Notes under the pieces: model-generated
Database searches by the model: none
What the model was told of the DNA's origin: nothing
The model's input: only the letters and a program-made list of their open reading frames with translations
Position numbers and translations under genes: made by a program
DNA from: Dicyema japonicum
Taxonomy: Eukaryota > Animalia > Dicyemida
Direction of reading: 5' to 3'
DNA length: 64,000 bases
Assembly: GCA_011109175.1 (NCBI GenBank)
Contig: RDEW01000024.1
Location: 427,199 to 491,198 of the forward strand
Shown here: piece by piece, positions 12,020 to 24,370 of the stretch
Layout: each line of letters starts with the position of its first letter
How positions within the stretch are numbered: position 1 is the first letter of the stretch

Positions 12020-14292
12020 TGGGGCTTGGTCAGCAATAGAACTAAGTCTGACGGAAGCATTGCGAAAATCTACAATCAAATAGACTACATTATTTGCAAA
12101 CAAAAAGACCGCAGTATTGTCACTGAGGCCCATGCTTATGGAGGGTCTATAATTGACAGCGATCACAAGATGGTTATTGCCAAAATGTCTTTAAAGAAAC
12201 TTATGGGTTTTCAGGGATGAAAAGAAAGTGCAATGGACAAACGGAACTGCGGTGGAAGGGATACGTTATAGACCATCTAAAGAACAATACTATCCAGGGA
12301 AAGGAATTTAGAAAATACCTGGATGAGGGATTGGAAGAAATATCAATAGATTTGGCACCGCAAATTGCGTGGACCTTGGTCAAACAGAAGATCGTGATTG
12401 CTACGGATATATACCTGAAAGAGGACTACGTAACTAAAACACCGTATGAAGAAGCAACCGCTTTGAAATTCTTTGCCAAATCAACAAAAGGCGATATGGA
12501 TCAATGTCTAAATACAGATGACAAAAATACGAAACAGCGGCTACAAAAAAAGACAGTCATCAAAAAAATAAGAAAAGCTGCACGTCGGATATTAAAGAAC
12601 GAAACAATAACAAAAATAGAGAAAATCGAAGGCCTTAAAGACAATGCGAAGCTGTCGGACAAATCAGTAAACTAAGGAAAACATTGACTTTACGAAATCA
12701 AGAAGGAAAACATATTGCTAACCAACAAAAATTGCAGAACTTATAGGGACTATTTTAAAGCACAATTCGTATCAAAAATAGCAAAAAACTCACATTAATA
12801 CGGATCAGGGAAAATTAGACCAAGAAATAACTTTAGGAAGAAGTGATGACAGCAAGTTTCAAACTGAAGGACAATAAGAGTCCCGGCCCAGATGGATTAA
12901 ATTTCGAATTTTTCAAATATGGAACTCAAAACTATACAAGATTGCGATTCTAAACGAAACATAAAGGAGCCACTTGCCACTTGGAGAAGGACTATTGATA
13001 CCAGTACAGAAGCCACACAAAAAAGCGGGGAAAGTTGAGAACCTAAGACCATAGTCTTAATCAACACATTGCAGAAGATACTAGCCAATATTACGCTTCA
13101 AAAAATGGAGGGAGGTCTAGACTCGTACCTGTCGGCTTATCAAATTAGCTCCCGCAAAGGGAAATCAACGTCAGATGTTATATGGAGCCACAAATGGAGA
13201 AGTGCCACTGTTCAAAAATTTAAAATAACGACAACCATTCTGGGGATTGATATGTCAAAGGCCTTTGATTCCGTCAACAGGAACAAGCTGCTGCACATAT
13301 TGGAGCACTTCTTGGAGGGCTCAACGATTAATGGTCAGGACTCCTGACGGACACAAGTTTGATGGTCAGGACTGGGAAAGCTTTATCGAGGACATTTGAA
13401 ACGACAATTGGTACCCCTCAAGGAGATCCATTATCCCGATTTGTTTATTATTTATCTGGAGGCAGCTCTACGAGACTTGAAGCCTCATATCGAAGAAGGC
13501 ATATGCGGATGAAGTGGACTTTATTTCGAATAACAAAGAAGAGTTAATTGCGCTTTTGGAGAAAATGCCTGATAAAATGGCTGAATGGTCATTAAAAGTA
13601 AACACAAACAAAACCGAAATCACGGAGCTAAAAAAAGTGAGGAAAGGACCGAGGAGCACTGGCTAGATCAAAAGAACTAGGATCCCTTCTTGGTTACACC
13701 AAAGATATAACACGAAGGAAGACACTAACTAATGTCGCTTTCAACAAAATGAAGAAGACCTGGCTCTGCACAAAAGGCTTGACCCTAAAACTCGAATGAG
13801 ACTATACAATGCCAATCCTATTATATAATGCCGGTACATGGGCATGTACAGGGCAGGAACTGAAAAGTTGAATTCTTTTCACAGAAATCATCTCCGAGCA
13901 CTCCTTTCTTCCGAAGTTTTTTCAAAATTCCGTCCGAAATCTTACACAAGAACAGGAACTGAGCCAATATCATGTGATATTACTGATTCAAGATGGAGGA
14001 TGTTTGGACACATACTCCGTCACGATATGGGGACCTCTGCCAACATAGCAATGGAGGAGTATTTTGTGTTAGAGACTTCGCGTTTCCGGCAGGCCGAGGA
14101 CAACACTGCCGGTAATCCTAGATGAAGATCTCAGGAGGATTGGAAAGTGCCTTAAAGATAAGGATGATCTAGATATGATACGGAACATGGCAACGGATCG
14201 AAAAAGATAGGTGATGTTAATTAGATTGTTAATCTTTCATGTTGCACGTGCTTTGCCATGATCTTGGCATCGCGTACGTGCCTATAATAATA
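12020..14292 (+). mobile_element. RTE-clade LINE, 5'-truncated and decayed
   Basis: NQIDYI..SDH (end of the endonuclease), GIDMSKAFDSVNR, GTPQGD, YAD, RWRMFGHILR; 3' hairpin gcacgtg..tacgtgc plus taataata tail. Confidence 0.9.
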
Positions 14293-14404
14293 GGGGCATC
14301 CTTATCATAACTTGCTTTGCCAAGCCCATCATCAGAGTAGCTTTTACTAAAGAATCTCAAATATAGAGCATCTGGTAAATCACCACCAAAACCAAGAGTC
14401 TTCT

Positions 14405-14660
14405 ATTATTATTATTATTAACCTCAGGCTTACCATTCTAAGCCCAGCACAAACAGTATAACTAACTAATCAAAGGAAGGAACCAAAGGAGAACATCTGC
14501 TTGTGCCGACCAAATCCATCTTCCAATACTTCATTACAGGCTTCAGCTTCCGAAGAGAGGTGGGGAAGTAGGTCCGCTCTCTTCCATTTTTGTCCCACAT
14601 CCTACCGTCGCGGACATCACTTAATTCTTTAGCGGAATAGTTTTCATAATGCAATCTTCA
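14405..14660 (-). mobile_element. LINE 3' fragment (related copy at about 19440-19620)
   Basis: Shared sequence aatagttttcata..aatcttca and cttccgaagagaggt; (TAA)n tail. Confidence 0.5.
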
Positions 14661-16298
14661 TCAGAGGGTTTGGTCAGGGAGAAAGGTAGAGGAAGATCTT
14701 TTTTAACAACTGTGTCGTGCCAGAAGGACTCGTCTCCTTACGGGTGGGATCTGTTTGACAAGAATTGACCTTCGCTGAAAACTCCATCTTCGGATTTGAA
14801 CCCACGACTTCAGATCCGATGTTATCAGACGTTACATTCTTTAATAAAAAAGTATCGTTCAGATGTCCTCTTTTAATAAAAAGTATCGTTCAGATATCGT
14901 CAAGAGACAAAATTAACCAACGGAATAAAAGAACAACACTGAGAGTTCAGGCTAATTTACTTTCTGGCGGATCAGGCACTATAGGCTGAGATCATGTAAA
15001 GAATCACTTATTCAGGAGTATTTACCGTTATTGTAGCGTAAACGACAAAATTGGGATACCACAATAAGAATTAGACAATCTTAACCCCCAAGAGTTCCTA
15101 CCATCATCATAAACACTTATGCTCACGAAGTGGAAGCTTTATAAGAACCCTTAGAAGGTTTAAGAATTTTATATTCATCTGTCGGCTATTTACGATGAAC
15201 CTGTACACTCAACATCAATAATGATTGCGGGAGACCTAAAAGTGAAAGTGCTACTCAGATTACCTCTGAGAAAACATTCATGTATTCTGTAGGCATCCCT
15301 CGAAGTTTTATGAAGTAAAGACTCAAGAGACGCCTTTTTCCATCGGCATGAAAAAGCATCCTCTTTTTTCTTCTCCACTTAAGAGGATTTACAAAGTCGA
15401 ATATTAATTAACGCTATGCTTCGAAAGGATAGGTAAACTGGACAAAATTCGTTTCAGGTGTATCCGGGGTTATTAAAATAAAAGTAATGTTGTCGCTTTT
15501 GTTGTGTCGAGGATTTCTCTACTTTTGCATAGAAACGAAGACCATTTTCTGAAAAGAGATACCTATGCAGAGGAAATTGGATCAGTCTGAGAAGGCACAT
15601 TGATCGAATTCGAAAGACAAGGCAATGGGATCTGTGGAACTATCAAGGAGAGTTTGGAAGTTACTAGAAACTAGGATAAATTAATTTCTAGCTCAGACAA
15701 TTTTATTTGCACTTTTAGATAATCGTGAACGATAAGACTAAATACTTGTCTGGCTTATAAGCCTCATTATATTGCTAGGGGTTTCAGGGATTTAATCACA
15801 TGAGCCCCTTTGCACTTGACTAACTGTAAGAAGGATAAAATCTTAAGAATATCCAGTATAACTGGAGTCTCTTGAACTGGGCGCACAAACTAAAGATTCT
15901 ATGGGACGACACTTTTCCATTTTTTGGTGTGTGAAATACCTTGTCTGAAACGCAATTTATGCTCAAACCTCATGATAATAGCCCACACCACGGATAGCCG
16001 CAGCAAGAGCCAAACCCTTTAAGAAAAATACTCGACCATAGGAGGTGCTCACGTTTTCAACCCGTTCCAGCTAAAACCTTAGACATCTAGGAAATAAATC
16101 TGTTTCCTTCCAACGTTCCATCAGAGAAACAAAAAAGAAGAAAGCTGATTGAGTGCATTTTCATACAAATTGAAATATCAGGGATTCGTACCTCCGAAGA
16201 AGCCAGATAAGTTCCCGAGGAAATACACAGTAAGCCCTCTACAATAGATTGTTGAAAACAAGATATTGTGAAGAAAGTCGTAATAAAATTGGAATAAT

Positions 16299-16964
16299 TT
16301 ATTGAGGAAGTTGTAAATTAATAAAATTATCATTAATATTACCAAAAAGAGTATGATTACCTCGAATTGGTTTAATAGCTGGTAATATTGACTGTAATTC
16401 TTGATTATCCCTTATTTTGACATATTCAGAAAATGAATCCTCAAAATTATTTATTTTACTATCATCAAGTTTAACAGGAAGCATATAATATTTCCCATTT
16501 AGTGAGCACTTTTTAATCTTCCTTTGTGACTGTTTTGTAGGCATGTTAACATTAAAAGCGGAGGTAGGGACTGATATTGCATTCACTCTCTTCCTTTTTC
16601 TACCACCAAACACATTTGAACAAAAGTTATCTCCACTCTTTAACAAATTGGAAGGCCACACTATTAACTTGCCGCTAGTTGTTTCATTATTGCTTGATAT
16701 GTGTTCTGTAATATCATTTCGCAAATAATTTGTATTATAAGCACGTGATAGTCTTACTAGATGATCACTTGTTTCGCCATCGTTATGTTGGGATGGTCCT
16801 TTCTCTTTACTGCCTGATAATTCATCAAAATAATTAAAATTTTGTAAAAAATCATCAAATTCGGTATATCCATCATTTTGAGTGTTTGTTGGAGTTTTGC
16901 ATACTGGTTCTTCCAAGTTTTCTAAATCATCGAGAAAGTCACAATCAAACAATGAATAATCCAT
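16299..16964 (-). CDS. Intronless orphan ORF, 221 aa (acidic/aromatic N-terminus, RKRKR NLS-like motif)
   Basis: 666-nt stop-free frame in very AT-rich DNA, with an AT-rich upstream block like those before the other host genes; no recognisable domain. Confidence 0.55.
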   Translation of the reverse strand: MDYSLFDCDFLDDLENLEEPVCKTPTNTQNDGYTEFDDFLQNFNYFDELSGSKEKGPSQHNDGETSDHLVRLSRAYNTNYLRNDITEHISSNNETTSGKLIVWPSNLLKSGDNFCSNVFGGRKRKRVNAISVPTSAFNVNMPTKQSQRKIKKCSLNGKYYMLPVKLDDSKINNFEDSFSEYVKIRDNQELQSILPAIKPIRGNHTLFGNINDNFINLQLPQ

Positions 16965-17199
16965 GTTAATATATTTATTTATTTAAAAATTATATTATAA
17001 ATATATATAAAGACTATATAATTTTTGTCGTCTTTTTTTGTTCTTAATATATAAAAAAATTATTACAAAAACTTGTCAGTGGGTGTGACGTGCCTCTGTT
17101 GCACAAGTGTGTTTTCACCTTTGATTTCTACCAGCCCATTCTTTCTTGGCACCCAAATGTCAAAGGAATACATCCTATGTATAAAAAACCTTTATATCG

Positions 17200-18065
17200 C
17201 ACGAGAGATTGAACAATTCAAGCTAGTCCATAGTTCCATATCCATATGTTGTTTACAGGAGACGCAAATAGCGGACCATTACAAATTGGAAATCACTGCT
17301 TGGGGAGCTTGGAAAATGATGTGTAGTAGGATCATGAACATGGCACAAGGAACACTTCCGGAAGTGCTTATTAGTAATAATCAGAGTTTGATAATGTCGT
17401 GGACTCACCTATGTGTGCTATTGCTCACCTGAAGTTTGGAAGAGTTGCAAACTCCCTATCCCGCAATCATGGAGGCGTGGATGGTGTCGTATCAGGCTCA
17501 TTTCCTGGGGAGACGTCGAGAAAATCCTGGAGCAGATCTCATCATAATGAAGGTAACATTAATAGTATCCAGACGAACATTACCGAAAACGCTTTCTCTT
17601 CAGATATTCAATGGATATAGCTTTCTTTCGAGAGGTAAACCTAAACCCACGAAGGCCACCCCCAACTTTCCAGAATATTCAGTTTTCAGGAATAAGTCAT
17701 GGATGGGGTAGAGGCCTAATTACACTGATTAGGAACCATATCCTGGATAGCATCTCACTTCTCTTCAATGACGACACACTGTAACAACAATCATAGAATC
17801 CGCTTACCCTCTCTTCGATTGACAATCATTAATCAGGGTCCTTCCGCAATTGTGGCAATAACACATATTTTCAGTTTCTCAATAAACGAGAACTAGATTT
17901 CGTCACGTGGAAGATATCACTGATACACCTAAGAAAAAGAAACCACTCTCCTATTGACCGGTATCTATCATCTGTGCGTGGTCACGGCTGTTGGAAAAAC
18001 TGGTCCTTCTCAAAAATCCGGAATTTCGTAGCTCTTCCATCTATTCAACACGGATTCACGAAGAG
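17200..18065 (+). mobile_element. Decayed LINE endonuclease and RT fragments
   Basis: ISICCLQETQI (APE start); YxPVSIICAWSRLLEKLVL..QHGF (RT start). Confidence 0.6.
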
Positions 18066-19699
18066 CACAAAAATCAAAATATCATGCACTAATTTCATAT
18101 TTTATTTCTGTTAATTAGCGAAGCATTTTTCTGAAAAAACTCAGAACAATCATTTTGGGTAATACTTTCGAATGTTCACTCCCTACATATTTAACGTTAT
18201 CCAATATCCAGAGTTATGTCTTGATAAAAAAGATTTTTAGGATTCCATAAAAATTTTAAATCCGCCCAGTTTACAGACCTTTCATTAATGTGGTGTTGAG
18301 TCTTCCATATTTAGTCATTGTTGCAATGACTAACATATTTCTGGTTCGTATGGGCCCTACTGTAATGAAACAGAAGATCCTGAAACATCTCCTACACATC
18401 TTGGTCTTGAGGATACTGAAAACCCAACCTTATTATGAGTATACGATGTTCTTTTATCCAAAAATATATTTACCCTTATCCCAATGCTAATGATTAGAAT
18501 TTTACGGTATTTGCCGAGTGGCGTTAATTGTGTTGAAACCCTATAAATAAAAAATCAATTTATTCTTAACTTTTAAGTCACTGGAGGAGAAAAACTTATC
18601 CCTCCTAGAGAAAACAAGGAGAGCTGCAATTAAACTCTCCTTAAACAAGAAACTGAGAGACTATCTAAGCGAGGACGAAGACAAGCTGCTAGTACCAATT
18701 AGAAGGACTGTGGAGGATCGGATCAACGTTTTCAGGAGATCTTAGATCCAGCACATATACATAAAACTGGGATAATCGATTTACATATACATAAAACTGG
18801 AGAAAAAAATTAAAAAAAGAATTGGCCCAGGTTTGGAGTCCAAGTCATATGGTAGGACTCAGATGTAATATGTCGTGAGCGCAGTGCGAGCCCGAGCGCT
18901 ATGCGCCACCAGTCAATGTCAATCAATGTCAAATTAATCGATCTGATTCAAAACAATAACCCAGAGATCCATTTTACACTCTCATTCAGGCGGCCAACAT
19001 TCCAACTAAGAACCTCCAAAGGCCACAATCTTGGTATCTCGACTAAGGAGGGAACGATAAGATCAAAAATCTGCCATTGCTTTCTTTGTGGTTTAATAAA
19101 TCAGCTAACTGGCCTGAATATCACATTAAAATTGACTTATGGTAAATTTCTGTAGGACTTTAATTTCGTGAGGATAACAAAAGCGTGAGGGGGTCGTACG
19201 TGATACAGTCCGGCCTCGTTTTGGAGAAACCAAAACTACGGGGAAACCCCCGATTTTGGAGAGATTGTACTATTTTAATATTAATAATGAATTTTTTGGT
19301 AATAAACCTTCAACTGGGGAAAATTAGTGTCACAATTTTTAATTTTTAAAATTTTCACCCATTAAATTAAATTTATTAACCAAAAACTTTAAATCGTAAT
19401 AAATAATTAAATAATTTAAAATTTTAATTTGATGCATTTAATTTGGTATCTGTTTGTGCCTTTCAAAATACATCCTTCAATAGCAAATTACAGGCTTCCA
19501 CTTCCGAAGAGAGGTATAGAAGTAGGACAGCCTTCTTCCATTTTCGTTGAATGTCCTTCCGTCTCAGACATCATTTTATTCTTTAGAGGAATAGTTTTCA
19601 TAGTGTAATCTTCACAATTGATTCATCTCTTGGCACAAGCAGATGTCTTTGAGAGTCAGGTGTACTAACTATCATTATTCACTCAATAATGGTAAATAT

Positions 19700-20070
19700 A
19701 TTATATAACCAAGGAGTGAACTACCACAGTCATCAGTTGATCAATTAATTTCTTTAAAATTTATTATTGGGAATATTCCTTCTTCAATTGACTCAAAAGT
19801 GACCGATTTGTTCAATGGTGTCATGGAGCTGCTGGTAGTATATACATGTGTTTGGCTGCTATGAGATGACTAGTAATAATAAATATTTACAGTCAGCTAT
19901 TGATTACAGTGTGGTTTGGAAAGGAAGATTATTTATAATAGGACCTGGCTTATGTCATGGAATATGAGGTAATGTATATTCATTTGTAATATATTACTGA
20001 CAGTCCACTCTTCCTACATAGAGTTTGGAAGGTTTGGTTCATGGTGGTCAGGTCTTCTTTTCTGGAATAT
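19700..20070 (+). pseudogene. LANCL: LanC-like protein C-terminal half, pseudogene
   Basis: Across frameshifts: GNIPSSIDSK / SDRFVQWCHGAAG / YEMTSNNKYLQSAIDYSVVWKGRLFIIGPGLCHGI*GNVYSF, i.e. the WCHG and CHG zinc-ligand motifs of LanCL1-3. Confidence 0.75.
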
Positions 20071-20739
20071 GATTTAATTTCACTCTATCCAACTATTCCT
20101 CTTGAAGAAGTTCAACATCAACTCACCCATATCCCCTCACTCCTCTTCCAGCATCCAATGGGATATCTTCACGATTGGTTTGAAACAAAGATGGAATCTT
20201 TATTGAAGACATTGGTACTGTTGAACCACCATGCATTCAAGAGTTCTCTTCAACATGACTGATCCAATGTGAACTGTTTCAACATCCATGTAATTCTTTA
20301 ATCATTTTGAGACAACTCCATTAGTCTTCAATTAGTCGTTAAAACTCTTTTTCGAGAATACAAGGCGTAAACCATTAAAATCATAAATTTAAAATCAGAA
20401 TAATCAACATTTGTAACGAAAGCTCTTTAAAAGTGTACTTCACATACCAAGGAATAGTCATCTCTACCTTTTCCATGATATCGTTGAGGGTCAATGATTT
20501 CCTGAAACCATAAAAGGCCAGTCACTATTGACACTCGATTGTAACTAATAAACTCAACACGTGGCTCATTACTATTATGTATACTACAGGATAAATATGG
20601 ATGCCTTGGTGTGGATGAAGGTAGAAAAAACAGCTCCACGAAAATATAAGTGTTAAAGTTAATATTTGATGGAGTTAAAAAAAGAGTCTGGCATGTTCAT
20701 TGAACTCTTGACATGTTAAAAGCCATAAATTAATTTATT

Positions 20740-21330
20740 AGCCAAAAACCACCGTGATAGCCTGAATGAGAAAATTCAGGTGATCCCGCTTTCCTCAGCA
20801 GCCTTCGTATCTTTTCTGCTGTTCAGGATGTGTTCCGATACATTTGTGATAAGGGCGGGATTAACACACGAATTATCAACCAGAAACTTCCCAAGTTGCA
20901 TTAATCATATTTTCAAAGCTTCTAGGCAGGATTTCCTTTTTTCGGTATTTTTGCCGCTTTTGACTAATGTTTTGGATCTTCGTTAGGATCGACGCGGCCA
21001 GGTTTGCCCCCTGAGCAGCACATGCATAACCTATTATAGGTTCAATGTAATGCTTGTAGAGGGTATCCAATCCATTTAGGCTTTCGGAGTCTCTTAGATT
21101 TTCCAGGAAAGTCTTCACGAAATTAATCTCCCCCACAAGTCGTGACTGTCTTTTCAACATGGATTGAAAAGGCTAAGAAGGTGTTCTGAGTTTTGTTTTG
21201 CTTGATAGTTTTTCCGTCAAACTTGATGTCAATTAATAGCTTCCCCAGTCTCCTGTTTGACGTGAAAAAACTCAAACTGACTACTCCGGACTTGCTCTCA
21301 CTTGGTTTCCATAAATCCACAAACTCAGAT
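20740..21330 (-). mobile_element. I/Jockey-like LINE 3' part (same family as 3700-5420)
   Basis: TLYKHYIEPIIGYACAA..NLAASILTKIQ is nearly identical to the 3729 ORF; ends ..GIT*. Confidence 0.8.
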
Positions 21331-21479
21331 AAAGTGTATTTGACATAGCAGAGGAACAATCCTCGAACCCTATAAATGAACATGCTTCATCCTTATATAA
21401 CTACTATATTGAGCACACAATGGCAATTAACTCTCATGATCGCGAGCCCAATGTTCTGGAAGAGTCATTGTGTCAATCT

Positions 21480-22170
21480 AGGCTCGTCCTTCCGTAGGTC
21501 CACATGAGGTCCGATTTACCTGATAAACCCAGACGTCAGATAAAAAGATCCTAATTTGTCCAGTGACATGCAGAAGGTTTTTGACTCCAAAAGATCTTTC
21601 AAATATTCAAAATAAATTGAAAATTTGGCTTGCAAACTTCCTCAACGGACAATGAGGAAGAGTAATTTCACATTCCACATTTTCTGTCACTAATTTTTTA
21701 CCAAATGGGGTCCCACAAGGATCCCTACCGTCATCTATTCTCTTCAACTTTTTTATGAGCTATATGCCTTCCCATACAGCAACAACATGCTAATCCTCGC
21801 TTATGCTGACGACATAATCTTGGCAACAAGAGACCAGTGTATTCACAGCGATCACCTGCTTACAAGATTTACTGAACAGTCTGAACTGTTGGCCTACAAA
21901 GAATCTATTACCCACAAGTCCTGAAAACTCTAGCAATGATTTTTACTTCAAACACAAGACTAACAAATTCGGCACCTTACCACAAGTCCTTTACCATTAA
22001 TGGAATGTCAATCCTCTCTATTAACACTATCATAATACTGGGGATCACATACGACTTTCTTATGCCTTTCAGCAAGCATGTCAGCAACGTCATTTTCTCC
22101 TCCAACAAAAACTAAATTTTAATTAAAAACCCTTCTTGGATACTACGGAGGTAACTTTATCAGACAGATC
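21480..22170 (+). mobile_element. Decayed LINE RT fragment
   Basis: GVPQGS, AYADD and ILGITYD motifs. Confidence 0.75.
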
Positions 22171-22689
22171 TTGTCATTGACCTCTCAGTATCTGTACAAA
22201 CGTGGGATAATGTCATTATGCATAGCAAAGCTTTGACATAACATTTTTTCCATATCCCCCGCTACAATCTGCCTGCTATCTTTGTTCCCTGCAAGCAGGA
22301 TACTGATCCGTCATATTTATGAATACCGATTCGCCATTAGACAATATAAACGAGCAGTCACCTTAATCAATTCTCTTTTGTTGTGTTAGTCCCTGTAGAG
22401 AGTCTAGTTTTGCAGTTGTATCAATGATAATATCGTCACTCGACAATCCAAGATGAGTGGATCCTTCGCTGAGCAGTTCGTAAACTATAAGCAAATATTG
22501 TGCATTCACTACGAAAAATGAACGAAATGATATGAAATTTACATATTTATCAAAAAATAATCCCTTTATAAATTTAGCTAAAGAGTGACATCCCAAAAGT
22601 CAGAGTTGAGTGGTTAATAAAACAAGAAAAAGGATCGCCTCCGCAATTCTGCCTCTTAAAGACTTTACTTGTTTTATTTTTTAAATAAA

Positions 22690-23070
22690 TATCAGATTCA
22701 GAACTGTACAAAAGATGTGGCTTAAGGCCATTATCAGAGGAGATTCTCAAGGCTAGGTGAAGACTTTTTGGTCACATCTTACGAATGGATATGTTGACTC
22801 CACCAAACATTGCAATGGAGAACTATTTCGCACAACTGAATGGATCATTCCGTGGCAGGCCTAGAGTGACGTTGCCTTTACTACTAAATGATGACCTAAT
22901 CCGAATAAACAAAACTCTACGAAATGGTGAAGATCTTGACTCACTACGAGCAATGGCCCGGAACAGGGGAACATGGAAGAGGATGTGTGGGAGGATACTG
23001 GACGTGGCACAAGAGGAACTTAATTAATCTAATTAATTTTTGATTTCCCAGGAGTGCTTAAATAAATATC
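22690..23070 (+). mobile_element. RTE LINE 3' fragment
   Basis: LFGHILRM..NIAMENYF..FRGRPRVTLP..RGTWKR; homologous to 13990-14210. Confidence 0.8.
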
Positions 23071-23859
23071 AGATAAAACAGGAAAGGGGAATTCAACTGT
23101 AAAACCAAGAAATTAATCCCAGAATTTGTGTAATTAAAACAACTATTACCAACTCATAAGAGTGATAAAATAAAATAAGTATTCTGAAATAATTATAAGT
23201 TTGCTGTCTGAAATAAAAATACACTATAAAACGATGTACATATCGATCAAAATGAGATATAAATCTACCAAAATATACAGGTCGAATGAGACACATATAT
23301 CAAAATGAACATACACAGACCGAAATTAGACAGATACTGGCTAAAATACGGAATACGTCTATCAAAATGAGAGGCAACTAAATAATTTCTTGAGTGTATG
23401 TAAATTAGCCCCATTCTATGTCGAGTACTCAAATTTTGTTAGAAAAATAATTTTATATTGTTAATCTGATATTTTATAATTTTCTAAATGGCCATAAATC
23501 AGGTACTCCGTTTTGCTAAAATTACTTAGGGAGAATTTTAATTTTTGAAAGTCATAATCGCAACACATGTTCCAGATTTGAGAATCTTTGTCTGACCTAT
23601 AAGATAAAATTTTAAATAAAACTGATAAATCTAAACTTGTCCCTTAAAAAATATGCAATTTCTAGATTGTGGTTGCAGATGAACGGAAATTGAGTTGATG
23701 GCAAATAGTTTCCTAAAAGATGGTGGATTTCTATTTCATCAAAACCTCCGTGACACTAAATCCCAATAATTTACTTCATTTTTGTCGTTTGTAGTAATTT
23801 CAAAACAGATAAAATGATTTCCAGTGAATTTCAGTGTCGTTACCAATAATCGCCATCAC

Positions 23860-24090
23860 AATAATAATAAAATAATATTTGCACTTTCCGAGGAGCCATA
23901 TCAGTTATTGGTGCCCTCAGGCAGAACACACACTTTATTTTAAGCAAAGAACAGTTATATTTGCTAATCGAGGGAGGATCAAGGAATGCTCTTCACTTCT
24001 TTGTTTTTTTGGGTGTATTTCCTTTATAGACGATCCGGTTCCGCAGTGAAGTTCACTGATGACGGCGTCACTCGTCAACCCAAAGCATAT
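23860..24090 (-). mobile_element. LINE 3' end family B (copies at about 34915-35135 and 55283-55490)
   Basis: Shared gttccgcagtga..ttcactgatga.ggcgtcactcgtcaa core, AATAAA, terminal hairpin and (TTA)n tail. Confidence 0.7.
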
Positions 24091-24370
24091 TGATATGTGG
24101 AACCTTCAACCGAATTGTGCAGTATCAGGATTCTAACTAGGCCTCTTGCCCGGCAACCGCCACCATAATTCCTTTAAAATAGCTTTCGCTTGAGTACAAG
24201 TGATTTGGGAAGTCTGGAATACAAGAAAGACATATTCGCTAAAATCCTAAATTCGGAGAACAAGTGTAGAGGCTAATAGTTGGGATTTAAACCCAGGACC
24301 TTAGGATTATAAGACTTACTACCTAACCTGACTTTGAATGTATTAACTCTGTACCCCAAATATAATATGA

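Noticed and set aside
20041-20262. YDLISLYPTIPLEE as a Penelope RT motif
   Set aside because: Isolated motif with no other RT or GIY-YIG features nearby.
22180-22600. Possible small GTPase pseudogene (ILLAGNKD, IIDTTA) on the minus strand
   Set aside because: No P-loop found and too many stops to support a call.
23220-23380. Repeated (c)aaaatgag motifs resembling an array or CRISPR
   Set aside because: Irregular, degenerate low-complexity repeats in a eukaryotic context with no cas genes.
24040-24080. CTGATGA plus hairpins (also about 35099, 55467 and 54356) as hammerhead ribozymes
   Set aside because: No correctly placed GAAA/stem III in the three repeat copies, which read as a LINE ORF2 3' end on the other strand; the 54356 case has no convincing stems.
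24255-24340. tRNA-like sequence on the minus strand (also about 14785-14815 and 35870-35905)
   Set aside because: Only partial A- or B-box-like pieces; no complete cloverleaf.
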